Shown here one piece after another: positions 12,735 through 24,128 of a stretch of DNA of 40,781 nucleotides. The notes below the pieces were generated by a model, which saw nothing but the letters and a program-made list of their open reading frames with translations, had not been told where the DNA came from and did not search any database. Within the stretch, counting starts at the first letter, position 1. The number at the start of each line of letters is the position of its first letter. Source of the DNA: Nemertoderma westbladi (lineage: Eukaryota > Animalia > Xenacoelomorpha); assembly GCA_032718475.1 (NCBI GenBank), contig JAUCBJ010005822.1:1-40781 (forward strand). The letters are read 5' to 3'. A program made the position numbers and the translations under genes.

Positions 12735-15682
12735 AGAAACAGTACGAACCTGTTTAGTTCTACCGGAACCAGTGCGAACCTGTTTAGTTATACCAGAACA
12801 TGTTTAGACTTACCAGATCCAGGGCGAACCTGTTTAGTTCTACCAGAACATGTTTAGTCTTACCAGAACCAGTGCGAACCTGTTAAATTCTACCAGAACC
12901 TGTTTAGTTCTACCGGAACCAGTGCGAACCTGTTTAGTTCCACCGGAACCTGTTTAGTTCCACCGGAACCAGTACGAACCTGCTTAGTTCTACCAGAACC
13001 TGTTTAGTTTTACCAGAACCAGTGCGAACCTGTTTACTTCTACCAGAACCGGTTTAGTTCTACCAGAACCAGTACGAACCTGCTTAGTTCTACCAGAACC
13101 TGTTTAGTTTTACCGGAACCAGTGCGAACCTGTTTAGTTCTACCGGAACCTGTTTAGTTCTACCGGAACCAGTACGAACCTGCTTAGTTCTACCAGAACC
13201 AGTGCGAACCTGTTTAGTTCTACCAGAACCAGTACGAACCTGTTTAGTTCCACCAGAACCAGTGCGAACATGTTTAGTTCCACCAGAACCAGTGCAAACC
13301 TGTTTAGTTCCACCAGAAACAGTGCGAACATGTTTAGTTCTACTAGAACCTGTTTAATTCTACCGGAACCAGTGCGAACCAGTTTAGCTCTACCAGAACC
13401 TGTTTAGTTCTACCAGAACCAGTACGAACCTGCTTAGTTCTACCAGAACCAGTGCGAACCAGTTTAGCTCTACCAGAACCTGTTTAGTTCTACCAGAACC
13501 AGTACGAACCTGCTTAGTTCTACCGGAACCAGTGCGAACCTGTTTAGTTCCACCGGAACCTGTTTAGTTCTACCGGAACCAGTGCGAACCAGTTTAGCTC
13601 TACCAGAACCTGTTTAGTTCTACCAGAACCAGTACGAACCTGCTTAGTTCTACCGGAACCAGTGCGAACCTGTTTAGTTCCACCGGAACCTGTTTAGTTC
13701 TACCGGAACCAGTACGAACCTGCTTAGTTCTACCAGAACCAGTGCAAACCTGTTTAGTTCTCAGAACCTGTTTAGTTCTACCAGAACCAGTACGAACCTG
13801 TTTAGTTCCACCAGAACCAGTGCGAACCTGTTTAGTTCCACCAGAACCAGTGCAAACCTGTTTAGTTCTACCAGAACCAGTGCGAACATGTTTAGTTCTA
13901 CTAGAACCTGTTTAGTTCTACCGGAACCAGGGCGAACCTGTTTAGTTCTACCAGAACCTGTTTAGTTCTACCGGAACCAGTGCGAACCTGTTTAGTTCTA
14001 CCGGAACCAGTACGAACCTGTTTAGTTCTACCGGAACCAGTGCGAACCTGTTTAGTTCTACCAGAACCAGTACGAACCTGTTGAGTTCTACCACAACCAG
14101 TACGAACCTGTTTAGTTCCACAGAACCTGTTTAGTTCTACCGGAACCAGTACGAACCTGCTTAGTTCTACCAGAACCAGTGCGAACCTGTTTAGTTCTCA
14201 GAACCTGTTTAGTTCTACCAGAACCAGTACGAACCTGTTTAGTTCCACCAGAACCAGTGCGAACCTGTTTAGTTCTACCAGAACCAGTGCAAACCTGTTT
14301 AGTTCTACCAGAAACAGTGCGAACATGTTTAGTTCTACTAGAACCTGTTTAGTTCTACCGGAACCAGTGCGAACCAGTTTAGTTCTACCGGAACCAGTGC
14401 GAACCTGTTTAGTTCCACCGGAACCTGTTTAGTTCTACCGGAACCAGTACGAACCTGCTTAGTTCTACCAGAACCAGTGCGAACCAGTTTAGTTCTCAGA
14501 ACCTGTTTAGTTCTACCAGAACTAGTACGAACCTGCTTAGTTCCACCAGAACCAGTGCGAACATGTTTAGTTCCACCAGAACCAGTGCAAACCTGTTTAG
14601 TTCTACCAGAAACAGTGCGAACCTGTTTACTTCTACCAGAACCTGTTTAGTTCTACCAGAACCAGGGCGAACCTGTTTAGTTCTCAGAACCTGTTTAGTT
14701 CTACCAGAACCAGTACGAACCTGTTTAGTTCCACCAGAACCAGTGCGAACATGTTTAGTTCCACCAGAACCAGTGCAAACCTGTTTAGTTCTACCGGAAC
14801 CAGGGCGAACCTGTTTAGTTCCACCAGAACCAGTGCGAACATGTTTAGTTCCACCAGAACCAGTGCAAACCTGTTTAGTTCTACCGGAACCAGGGCGAAC
14901 CTGTTTAGTTCTACTAGAACCTGTTTAGTTCTACCAGAACCAGGGCGAACCTGTTTAGTTCTCAGAACCTGTTTAGTTCTACCAGAACCAGTACGAACCT
15001 GTTTAGTTCCACCAGAACCAGTGCGAACATGTTTAGTTCCACCAGAACCAGTGCAAACCTGTTTAGTTCTACCAGAAACAGGGCGAACCTGTTTAGTTCT
15101 ACTAGAACCTGTTTAGCTCTACCAGAACCAGGGCGAACCTGTTTAGTTCTCAGAACCTGTTTAGTTCTACCAGAACCAGTACGAACCTGTTTAGTTCCAC
15201 CAGAACCAGTGCGAACATGTTTAGTTCCACCAGAACCAGTGCAAACCTGTTTAGTTCTACCAGAAACAGTGCGAACATGTTTAGTTCAACTAGAACATGT
15301 TTAGTTCCACCAGAACCAGTGCAAACCTGTTTAGTTCCACCAGAACCAGTGCAAACATGTTTAGTTCTACTAGAACCTGTTTAGTTCTACCGGAACCAGG
15401 GCGAACCTGTTTAGTTCTACCAGAACCTGTTTAGTTCTACCGGAACCAGTGCGAACCTGTTTAGTTCTACCGGAACCAGTACGAACCTGTTTAGTTCTAC
15501 CGGAACCAGTGCGAACCTGTTTAGTTCTACCAGAACCTGTTTAGTTCTACCAGAACCAGTACGAACCTGTTTAGTTCTACCACAACCAGTACGAACCTGT
15601 TTAGTTCCACAGAACCTGTTTAGTTATACCGGAACCAGTACGAACCTGTTTACTAAGGTGCTAAGAACAAGTACGAACCTGT
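12735..15682. repeat. Complex minisatellite filling HID1 intron 3 (30/20/18-bp units built from GAACCAGTRC, GAACCTGTTT, AGTTCTACCA modules)
   Basis: Roughly 100+ units with higher-order periodicity (e.g. the 188-bp offset between ORFs at 14563 and 14751). The array runs into the exon 3 donor. Confidence 0.97.
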
Positions 15683-16075
15683 ATGGTTTATTTAGCCGCA
15701 CACCAAAGTTGCGTTCGCCGCTCAGTAGAAGAAGGATAAAGACACCGATGTGCATGAGGCCGACTCGAGACTGATCGGCGCGAGCGTCGTTGAGATGGAA
15801 GAGTATGGGGACGAGAAAACTGAGAACATCGCTGCTCTTGAGGACGTAGAAGAGGAGTTTCTTGTTAATGTCACACATCTTCCAGAAGAGAACGAGAAGC
15901 TCCTGGTGGAAGTGTATCTTCTTGACGGAGTGCGGCAGGTAGGTCTGCGTTAGAGGGTTGGTCAGCAGGAATGTTAGACCTTTCACGATGAACTTAAAGT
16001 CCTCCTCGCGGTGGATTCGGCTGAGGTAGTTGACGAAGAGGTTGTCGGGAAGACTAGCGGATTCTGCATCCGCTC
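15679..16075 (-). CDS. HID1: HID1 exon 3 (397 bp)
   Basis: Acceptor TTTTCCCTCTCACAG, donor AG|GTTCGT. Encodes DNLFVNYLSRIHREEDFKFIVKG...FHQELLVLFWK...SGERNFGVRLNKPY. Phases match both neighbouring exons. Confidence 0.95.
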
Positions 16076-17666
16076 CTGTGAGAGGGAAAATATATCGTAG
16101 GAGAACAAACTAGTGGTAAGGAAATAAAATAAGTTGTAGGGAAATAAAACAAGTGGTAGTGAAATAAAAACAAGTTGGTGATAAAAACATTCAGAGTGGA
16201 ACTTAAATCTCCAGTAGGAAAATAAACCTTATGTAAGGAAATATACCTACAGAAATGAAATAATACTCAAACATGGAAATAAACAATCAAGAGGAAAAGA
16301 ATCCTCTAGTCTGGGAATTAATCTTGTGCAGGGAATCATAATTCATAAAGTCGGAATCGGATTGGGCATTTTCCGCCGGGATCCCGTTTGAAAACACATT
16401 TTTACAATATAATAATTTAGATGGATACGGGTGGGTTATATAAAAATATTATTCACTATCAATAAAATCTAGAGTTATTGGCGCAAAATCACCCCAAAAA
16501 TCAACTCTGTGTTTAGCGAAAAATTAATTTAATTTAAAACATTAAAGGAATGGAGTAGGTTGCAGTTGCGGTGCATTCTAACCAAAACAATAAACAAAAC
16601 TTATTTCACTTGCGGTCATTTTGTTCTAAGCTCTACAATTAAATTATTATATATGGTTTATTATCATAGTATATTACATATTGATTTCATCGAAACTGTA
16701 TTCAATCAGAAGAGATCACTTCCTATAAAAAATAAACTAATCAGGGAATACTTTAATAATGTATAACACCAACACCACACACACAGATCATTGGTACCGG
16801 TACTCAACTCATAAATTTATTTTAATGCTGGAATAGTGACTTTCAAAACTAAAGTGATGATAATTGTATTGTGTACATTGAGATGAATCACTTGGATTAA
16901 CATTAAAACGGTTCCAGCAGTACTCTCGTGACTGGGTGACTTAGTCGCCAATTATACTCTGTGCAGTTATTAAATATTTTACTCTACTCGCTACGCTAAC
17001 AAACCAACTACCGTCGACTCGCTCTCATCCGATTCCAGTCTGTTATGTTATACCGGTAATCACAATCTATTGATTATTATAAATATATACTAATTGTATT
17101 ATTTATACCGATGAATTTGGCGTCAATTTTAATCTGTGCAGTTATTTAATTTGTATCCCAGGATGTTTTATACCGATTTAAATATTTCAACCTTGTACAC
17201 TTTTACGATATTGTTTTGTGTAGTTTTGTCAATTTTATTTGATTAAAACAATGAAAGGAAATTAATGAAATTACAGACAAGTTAATTCAATCAAACATAA
17301 AGCATAAGCAGTGTCCGAATGGGGACTCCGCCTGAACTAAATCCGCAATAGTGTGATTCAAATCCGAATAATAGGCTGTAAAAATTTCGCATTATTGAGT
17401 CCCTTAGCAATACACCTTAGACATTAGTGCACCCTTGGGTGTTAGTACGGCGCACTCTGAGTCTTATAGGTAACAGCGAGAGAGAGAGAGGGGAGAGAGA
17501 GGAGCCTTTATTCCAGAGAGATGAGCCTTTATTTTTACGTTTAACGTTTACATTTCCGTTTAATTCAATATAGTCAATGAACTTCAGTGGCATTATGCAG
17601 TAAAAATAATTCAGTTTATATTTGGGTATCAAGAAGTCGCAAGAAGTCGGGAGTAAATAAACTCAC

Positions 17667-17982
17667 CCTCTTCCCCTTCTGCGTCGGATTCGCTGTCATT
17701 CATCCTCGCGTTATCGTGATCCAAGGTGACAACGAGCAGCTGACTAGCCACCTCTACCAGAGGCTCCTTGGAGTCTACCTTCATTAGATAGTTATAGGGG
17801 ATCCCGTAACCGACAGGGTCGTAGCCGCAGACAGTGTTGAGTAGGGAGGTGAACAGCGGGAGGGCGTGGCGGTTGTCGGACGCCGTGAAACAGCTGATCC
17901 ACGGGTTGGCCAGTGTGTGCGCGTTGGCGACGGGGGGCAAGTACATGGCCTCGCTGAAGCAGGTCAATAGCAGCTTCAGTAT
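17667..17982 (-). CDS. HID1: HID1 exon 2 (316 bp)
   Basis: Acceptor TTTCCTCCAG, donor G|GTGAGT. Encodes ILKLLLTCFSEAMYLPP...NRHALPLFTSLLNTVCGYDPVGYGIPYN. Confidence 0.95.
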
Positions 17983-18361
17983 CTGGAGGAAATTTAAAAA
18001 CGAAGATTTATTATAAATTCATACTTTTTAATAATAATAAAATATCGAAGCCAATATTTATCATATTCCATGACAAACCACTGTAAACAGACGTTTTGCT
18101 GCAGCAATTTTAACTTGTTGAAACATGAAGTAAACAATGAAATATCCTGAAACTTAGAAATTCCCTTCTCCCATTTTAAATAGGCCTGGAATTGGTTTAG
18201 TAGTTTTCTATTGTAGATTTAAACACTTCCAAAACTTTATTATTATTTTGCATTCTGTTTTACAGTGTCCTATTCCCAGGTCCAAGTGTTTTTATTATTC
18301 GAAAAAACGCAGTTTAGTACCGGTAAAGGTATGCTTATACTATCGGTAACGGTAGTAATGT

Positions 18362-19725
18362 CAGTTAGGTACAATGGCCAAATCTGGCAATGATTGTGAT
18401 TTCCATATTTGGCAACCAAGCAAAATATGGCAACATTTCTGATTGCCTGATTTGGCAACTGTATAAAGCCGTTGTTGCCATATTTGGCAACTTAACTAAC
18501 TCATTGAATATGGCTTATATGGCTCTGCGTCATAAAGTCCTTCCATCTGTCTATGGTCATTCCTTAGATCTGTAGATCCTGAAATGTTAGGACTAGGGGT
18601 AGGGCGTAGGGCCAGGTTATACTTATACCGGTAGTCACGCTGGTAGTGGCATATTCTAAGTTCTATCTAACCAATACAGCAATAGGCTATATCCTAATAA
18701 ATAAATAAATCAATAACACAAACACAGACTGACTGGTGATAGTTTATTTTTGCTAGTAATCTCTGGCGCTGCTTGGGGAGGTGGTTGAATGTTGCTTGTA
18801 CCAATAATAGTTAAAGATTGTAACTGTGTATTTATTACCGGTAATGCTGATACAATTGCCCTGCAATCTAAATCATTCTTCACTCTATATCAGTTCTGTA
18901 TATCTATCTTTCCATTCCTACATACAGACATATAATGAAAATCATTTCATCCCGTTTTTCATTAGAGCCTACTAGAAACAATTTGGTTGAATCTCTTAAC
19001 ACCCGTTTTGGTTTTCTCGGTCTTTCTAAATTGTGACACCAATTCTATTTTTCTTCTGTCACGCCGTTTCTCAAACTTTAATGCCCCCTTGCCTGCTTGC
19101 TGCCTTGTCAGTGGTGATGTTCTGTTCACGTTGTCTAATATTATTACGTTTAGTTCCATTTCAGCCTTTGAAGCATGTGATTCTTTAGTTTTGTTTAGGC
19201 CTATGCCTATACCAGTATACCATATACCAGTCTACCAGTACGGTATCTGTTACAGACTCATCCATCCGTACATTAACATATTAACAACAAACAACCTAGG
19301 CCTATCAATCTATCATATACAATACATTCTGACATTTCATCGACTAATGTTTATAAATCATCACAACTCGACAAGGGCACATGACAAGGGCAAGCAAGCA
19401 GTAAGCAATTTTGAAGTAATCTACAATGACAGAGTAACTGACAGGGCTGCACAATAATAACTGAATAATGGTCACCAAAAATGGCAATGATTATTTTAGG
19501 CACATTTCGGACTATTGCTAAGAGAAATTCAGACGATGATTTTTTTTCTTATACGGTCAATTATATTTAAATTTCGCGCTCTTTTCATTTACCTATTTAC
19601 CAAAATGCGATTTTGCTTCTGGGCGTGCGAAAATTAGAAAAACCAAAAGTTGCCAGATTTGGCAATAAACATTGCCATATGTGGCAACTTTTGAGGTTGC
19701 CAGATTTGGCCATTGTACCTAACTG
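18362..19725. mobile_element. Non-autonomous DNA transposon, 29-bp TIRs, 5-bp TSD (hAT5-like by inference), in HID1 intron 1
   Basis: Perfect TIR CAGTTAGGTACAATGGCCAAATCTGGCAA (18362-18390 / 19697-19725). TSD AATGT at 18357-18361 and 19726-19730. Subterminal TTGCCA/TGGCAA repeats. Confidence 0.85.
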
Positions 19726-19921
19726 AATGTTAAGGTTATGGAATTCAATTAGGCCCACTGCCCACTGCTGCACTGCGCTACTGCTGTACTGGTCTGGTAA
19801 GTAACTGAGTAATACCGGACCGGTATTCAAAATTTAGACAGATTTTAATCGGATCGGAAGTACGGTTCATGAAGTACAGAAGTATGTCTGTACTGTAGGC
19901 CTACTCACTCTGTAATTTGTA

Positions 19922-20731
19922 GGGTAAACTGGGGGAATTTGGGACAAGGGAAATCTGGGACAAGGTCGGAAAATTTGGGACATATAGAATTTTTAAAAAA
20001 ATATGTGAAAAATGTATAGTTGAGTAGCTTGGTGATTGTAAAATGCATCAGTACCGTATGCTACAACAGCAACAGGTATCCTACTAAGACAGACAGACAG
20101 AAAACTGAAAGTATTTAAGGCATTAACACAAACAGTTACAGAGTTAGGCGTACCATTATCATTGCAGGCGGTCTAAAACAGTAAAATGCTTTTTGTTTGT
20201 TTATTTTCATTTTTCAGAGGTATAGCTAACGGAACAGAGCTGTTAGCTATACCGGTACCTCTGAAAAATGAAAATACTTGACCTGACTGTACAGATCTGA
20301 ACAGTCAGATAGCGTCTGGCTGTTGCAGTCTTTGTTTATTTTTTAGTCATCTTATTTTTCTACGGTCTGGCGGTTACAAAATTTATTTTTTAAACCTATA
20401 GGCCTATTACAGTATTATGTTTCAAATTACCCCACCAGTCCCAAATTACCCCGCCCTGGTAAATCCGGGACAAACAACTAAAATGGGAAAAAAATTATAC
20501 CACTTGTGAATTGAAAATATTGATTAGGCCCTATGCCAATAAGTTAGGTGGATAATCAAATGTAAAAGTTACTATTTACATGTTATTAAAAAAAAATTTT
20601 ATTTTAGCTATTTTATAAATTATTAATTCCATATGTTGGATTAAAGAATATAATTATTATTAAAAAAATTGTTTCCAACTTCACAATCGCCTAAACCCAG
20701 AGTTTTTGTCCCAAATTCCCCCAGTTTACCC
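19922..20731. mobile_element. Tc1/mariner/pogo-type MITE in HID1 intron 1
   Basis: Perfect 26-bp TIR GGGTAAACTGGGGGAATTTGGGACAA with TA on both flanks. Internal palindrome at ~20202-20277. Confidence 0.85.
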
Positions 20732-20818
20732 TACGCTATGTACGATTAAATCGAAAATGTAATTAAATCTATATTCTATGCGCTATGTCGCTCCATTACT
20801 GCATTACAGTAGGCCTAC

Positions 20819-21433
20819 CTCAGTGCGGTTGCTATCATAGACAGCGCTGGGCGGCGGACTATTGGCGAAACCGACCCCGGCCTCCCAAATGTATTCACAG
20901 GAGTCGATGGTGTGTAAATCCTCCGGTTGGTCTGGTCCGGAACTCTTTCCGGGACTCGGATGTACCGTGAACTCCGGACAGAAGAGCAAATCGCTGAGAG
21001 AGTTGAGAAGGGATTGGGCGAGGGCGGGAGACTCATCTGCGTCCGTGCCGACACCTCCTACACCCGGGTGCTTACTCCAGAAGAATCCTCGCCAATCTGG
21101 GTCCTCGAAAATGTAAGGAAGAACCCGAGTCAACAACCGAACGCAGTTCAACGCGATGGAGTGATCCTTGGAGGTACGACAGCCGTTTTCTGCAGCGACA
21201 ACCAGTTTTTCTACGCATTTGTAGCACAGGGTGGCGAGGTTGGACGGAGATTCTTCGCGAAGAGCACGGATTTCCGCGGCTGGGATTAATGCGAATACGT
21301 CCTGTACCGAGTTGACGTTATCCGACCAAAACTGCTCCCAGAAGGCGTCGTCACTTGCGTCTACCGGTTGCGTTTTGGTTGTTAGTTGGATTACTGCTTT
21401 GCGGAAGTTCAGTTTGGTATCCGTGTTTCCCAT
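20819..21433 (-). CDS. HID1: HID1 exon 1 (first coding exon, 615 bp)
   Basis: MGNTDTKLNFRKAVIQLTTKTQPV...YIFEDPDWRGFFWS...DSCEYIWEAGVGF, with the Gly2 myristoylation-type N-terminus of HID1. Donor GAG|GTAGGC. The four exons sum to 2478 nt = 825 aa plus stop. Confidence 0.96.
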
Positions 21434-22060
21434 GATACCGGGAGTAGTGCTGTTGGTGTAGTTGGTAGGTACTAGGTACTAGTGTCCAGGTGTAAGTGTA
21501 AGCAGGTAAGATAGTCTGCAGGTCTGACGGGTACCGGTCTGGACTGGCACTTGAGTAGGACGCGGGCGGTATGATCAACGATTACGGTTCGCTCCGGTCT
21601 GCCGGTCGGACGACGGACGGTAGTACTGCTTTAAGAAGCAGTACTGCTGTAGGTAATGGCAGAACAGCAGAATGGACTACGGTAGGCCTACTAGCTGACT
21701 AGTACAGTAGTAGCGTAGTAGTAGGATTTGTAGTCCTAGATCCTAGATGTGTAAATCTGATGTGGATCTGATTTTTCAGTGGCTGATCTTCAGAGAGTCA
21801 GACAGATCTTTGCCAATTCAGCAATTAATTATTTTTTTTTTACTTTTTTTTCTTTTAAGAAAAAAATGCTACATCTTCACAACATATTTTGTGTTTACCA
21901 ATACTATAGGTGGAGCTTCAATAAAAAATTTCTCAACCTTTAATAATATTATTTATTAATACCATTATATGTACAGCGACGCAAAAATAGCAAAATTTCT
22001 GGAAGGCCTACACAAATACATGGACTTCTAGAATACAATTTTATACCATCTGTCTGTATA

Positions 22061-23238
22061 CAGTCCCTATCTCATTCTGAATATTATTTCTCAAACTGGG
22101 TATCATTTCTCAAACCTTTTACTAATGATAGTCAACGGAGAATTTCAGTAGGTAAGACTGGGGTAAGAGTTGAGAAATCAGAAAGATGCAGCCAGCTCAA
22201 TCTAACTCAAACTAGAGTCTGGCGCCATGGTTTGAGTTAGGTTGACTTCCAACTGTGCCATACTCAGCATTACTCTTCCTGTACGGGATGGATAATTACT
22301 CTGGTTGAGTGAGGCACCACATGGGGAAGGGGCCTCTGTCTGCTGCTTGGCCGACCGGTAAGCTGGGCAGGCCGGCTTGCGTGTGTCTCATAAAAGACAT
22401 GTCAATCACGCAGTTCCTTTGTGGGCTTTACTAAATGTATGTTGTTAACTAAACCACACTGGCTCGGTCTGTTTGTAGAGAAAGTTTTAATTCTGGGAAT
22501 ATTGTTGGGGGAAATTGGTGCTCTGTTGTCTGTCTGTTTGATGTCAATTGGTGCCTTACAAGACATATCAGTTTAAAAATATAATGGTTAATTAAGAATT
22601 ATTAGTACATAGGGGACCTCGCACCAACCCACTACCCCCCCCCCCCCCCCCCCCCCCCCTCTCATAAATATGGCCCTGTCTATAATTACAGAGGTTTCCT
22701 TTGACCCCTTTGCCCGGGATACCCACACCCGGATGTATTGCGAATAATTGTGTTGACGATGTAATAGATAATTAAACATTAGTAAATCATTAGTAAAACA
22801 TTAAAGTTAAACATTAGAAACATTCAACAACATTGACGATGTAATACTAACAGAAAATGTAATAAAAAATTAATAAATCTTCAGTTTAATAATTTAGCAT
22901 ATAATTTTTTTTATTCTGAAATTTAAAAATAAATTGAGTCACTGAGTCTGCAAGTTAATTCTCGCTGTCTACCGGAGTTAATTACACACAAACAAATCAA
23001 GTTTAGGGAATGTTATAACAGCAGGAGACCATCAATTACCCGTAGGCAGAGTATAACAGAAGCGAGTGGACCATTAAACACAGACAGCTTGTTGTATGAA
23101 TGCTACGCAGTGCACAATGGGGGGTTACGCGAGTTTGAGTTGGGTTTGAGTAAACCAGACAGGTTTGAGTTAGTAAGAGTGAGGTAAGAGAAAAGGTACC
23201 CAGTTTGAGAAACAGTATCTAGAATGAGATACGGACTG
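22061..23238. mobile_element. Tc1/mariner-type non-autonomous element
   Basis: ~50-bp imperfect TIRs CAGTCC(C/G)TATCTCATTCT...TTTCTCAAACTGGGTA, with TA on both flanks. Confidence 0.8.
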
Positions 23239-24128
23239 TATATAGAAGAACATTCTAGAATTCTGTGAACAATACTAATACTAATAGTGTCATATATATA
23301 CACCATAACCCTTAATACAACAACCATTTTTAGGGGGTCGGAGCCCCCCCCCCCCCCCCTAATTTTTTTCAAATTTCAATAAAATGCTACAAAATTTGGT
23401 GTGATGATAGATCGACACATTTTCTCACTGGTGGCCTGGCCGGATTTTTCAATTTCTCAGTTATTTCCATACAAGCCCTTAAAAAATGTCTATTTAGCAA
23501 TGTTTAACCACCTCCGTAGACTTTATTTTTCGTCTTTGTAATGTAATCTAGATATTTTTTTTTATTTTATTTTTTTTTTATTTATTTACAACAATTTACT
23601 ACAATACTACACAATACAAGATATTAATGTGCATGCAAGTTCAATTCGAATTTAATATAATATAATATGCGCCAAATTAAGTTGGGTTGAGTTGCATGCA
23701 TATGTGTACTGATTGTGTAGAATGTAGATGGTAATTGGCCGGGCAGACCCATTACGCCAATCACCACGTACATTCAGGCAAACAGTTGATAGATACATAG
23801 TTCACATTAATTTCACATGCTAAATAAGAACATAATATCGGTACTTACAGGATTAGATCGCATGCAATCGTGCTACTTACAGTTTATCGTTGACAGGGGT
23901 AAATTATAAACATGAAAGAATGTACAGTACGTAGATATTATAGTACACAGTACAGCAGTACAAAAGGACAAGAACAATACAACAAGTACGTAATATACGG
24001 TAGATACGAGGACAGTACGTAATGTAATAATAAATTGCAGCTATATAATTAATTTGTACTATAGTTATTACGGATGCAATAGGAATTTATCATAATATAT
24101 TAATACTATATGGTATTCCAAATTCACG

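Noticed and set aside
12735-15682. CRISPR-like array, or genes from ORFs 13140..13331, 14563..14928, 14751..15116 and 15029..15304
   Set aside because: No unique spacers, eukaryotic context and no cas genes. The ORFs are translations of the minisatellite.
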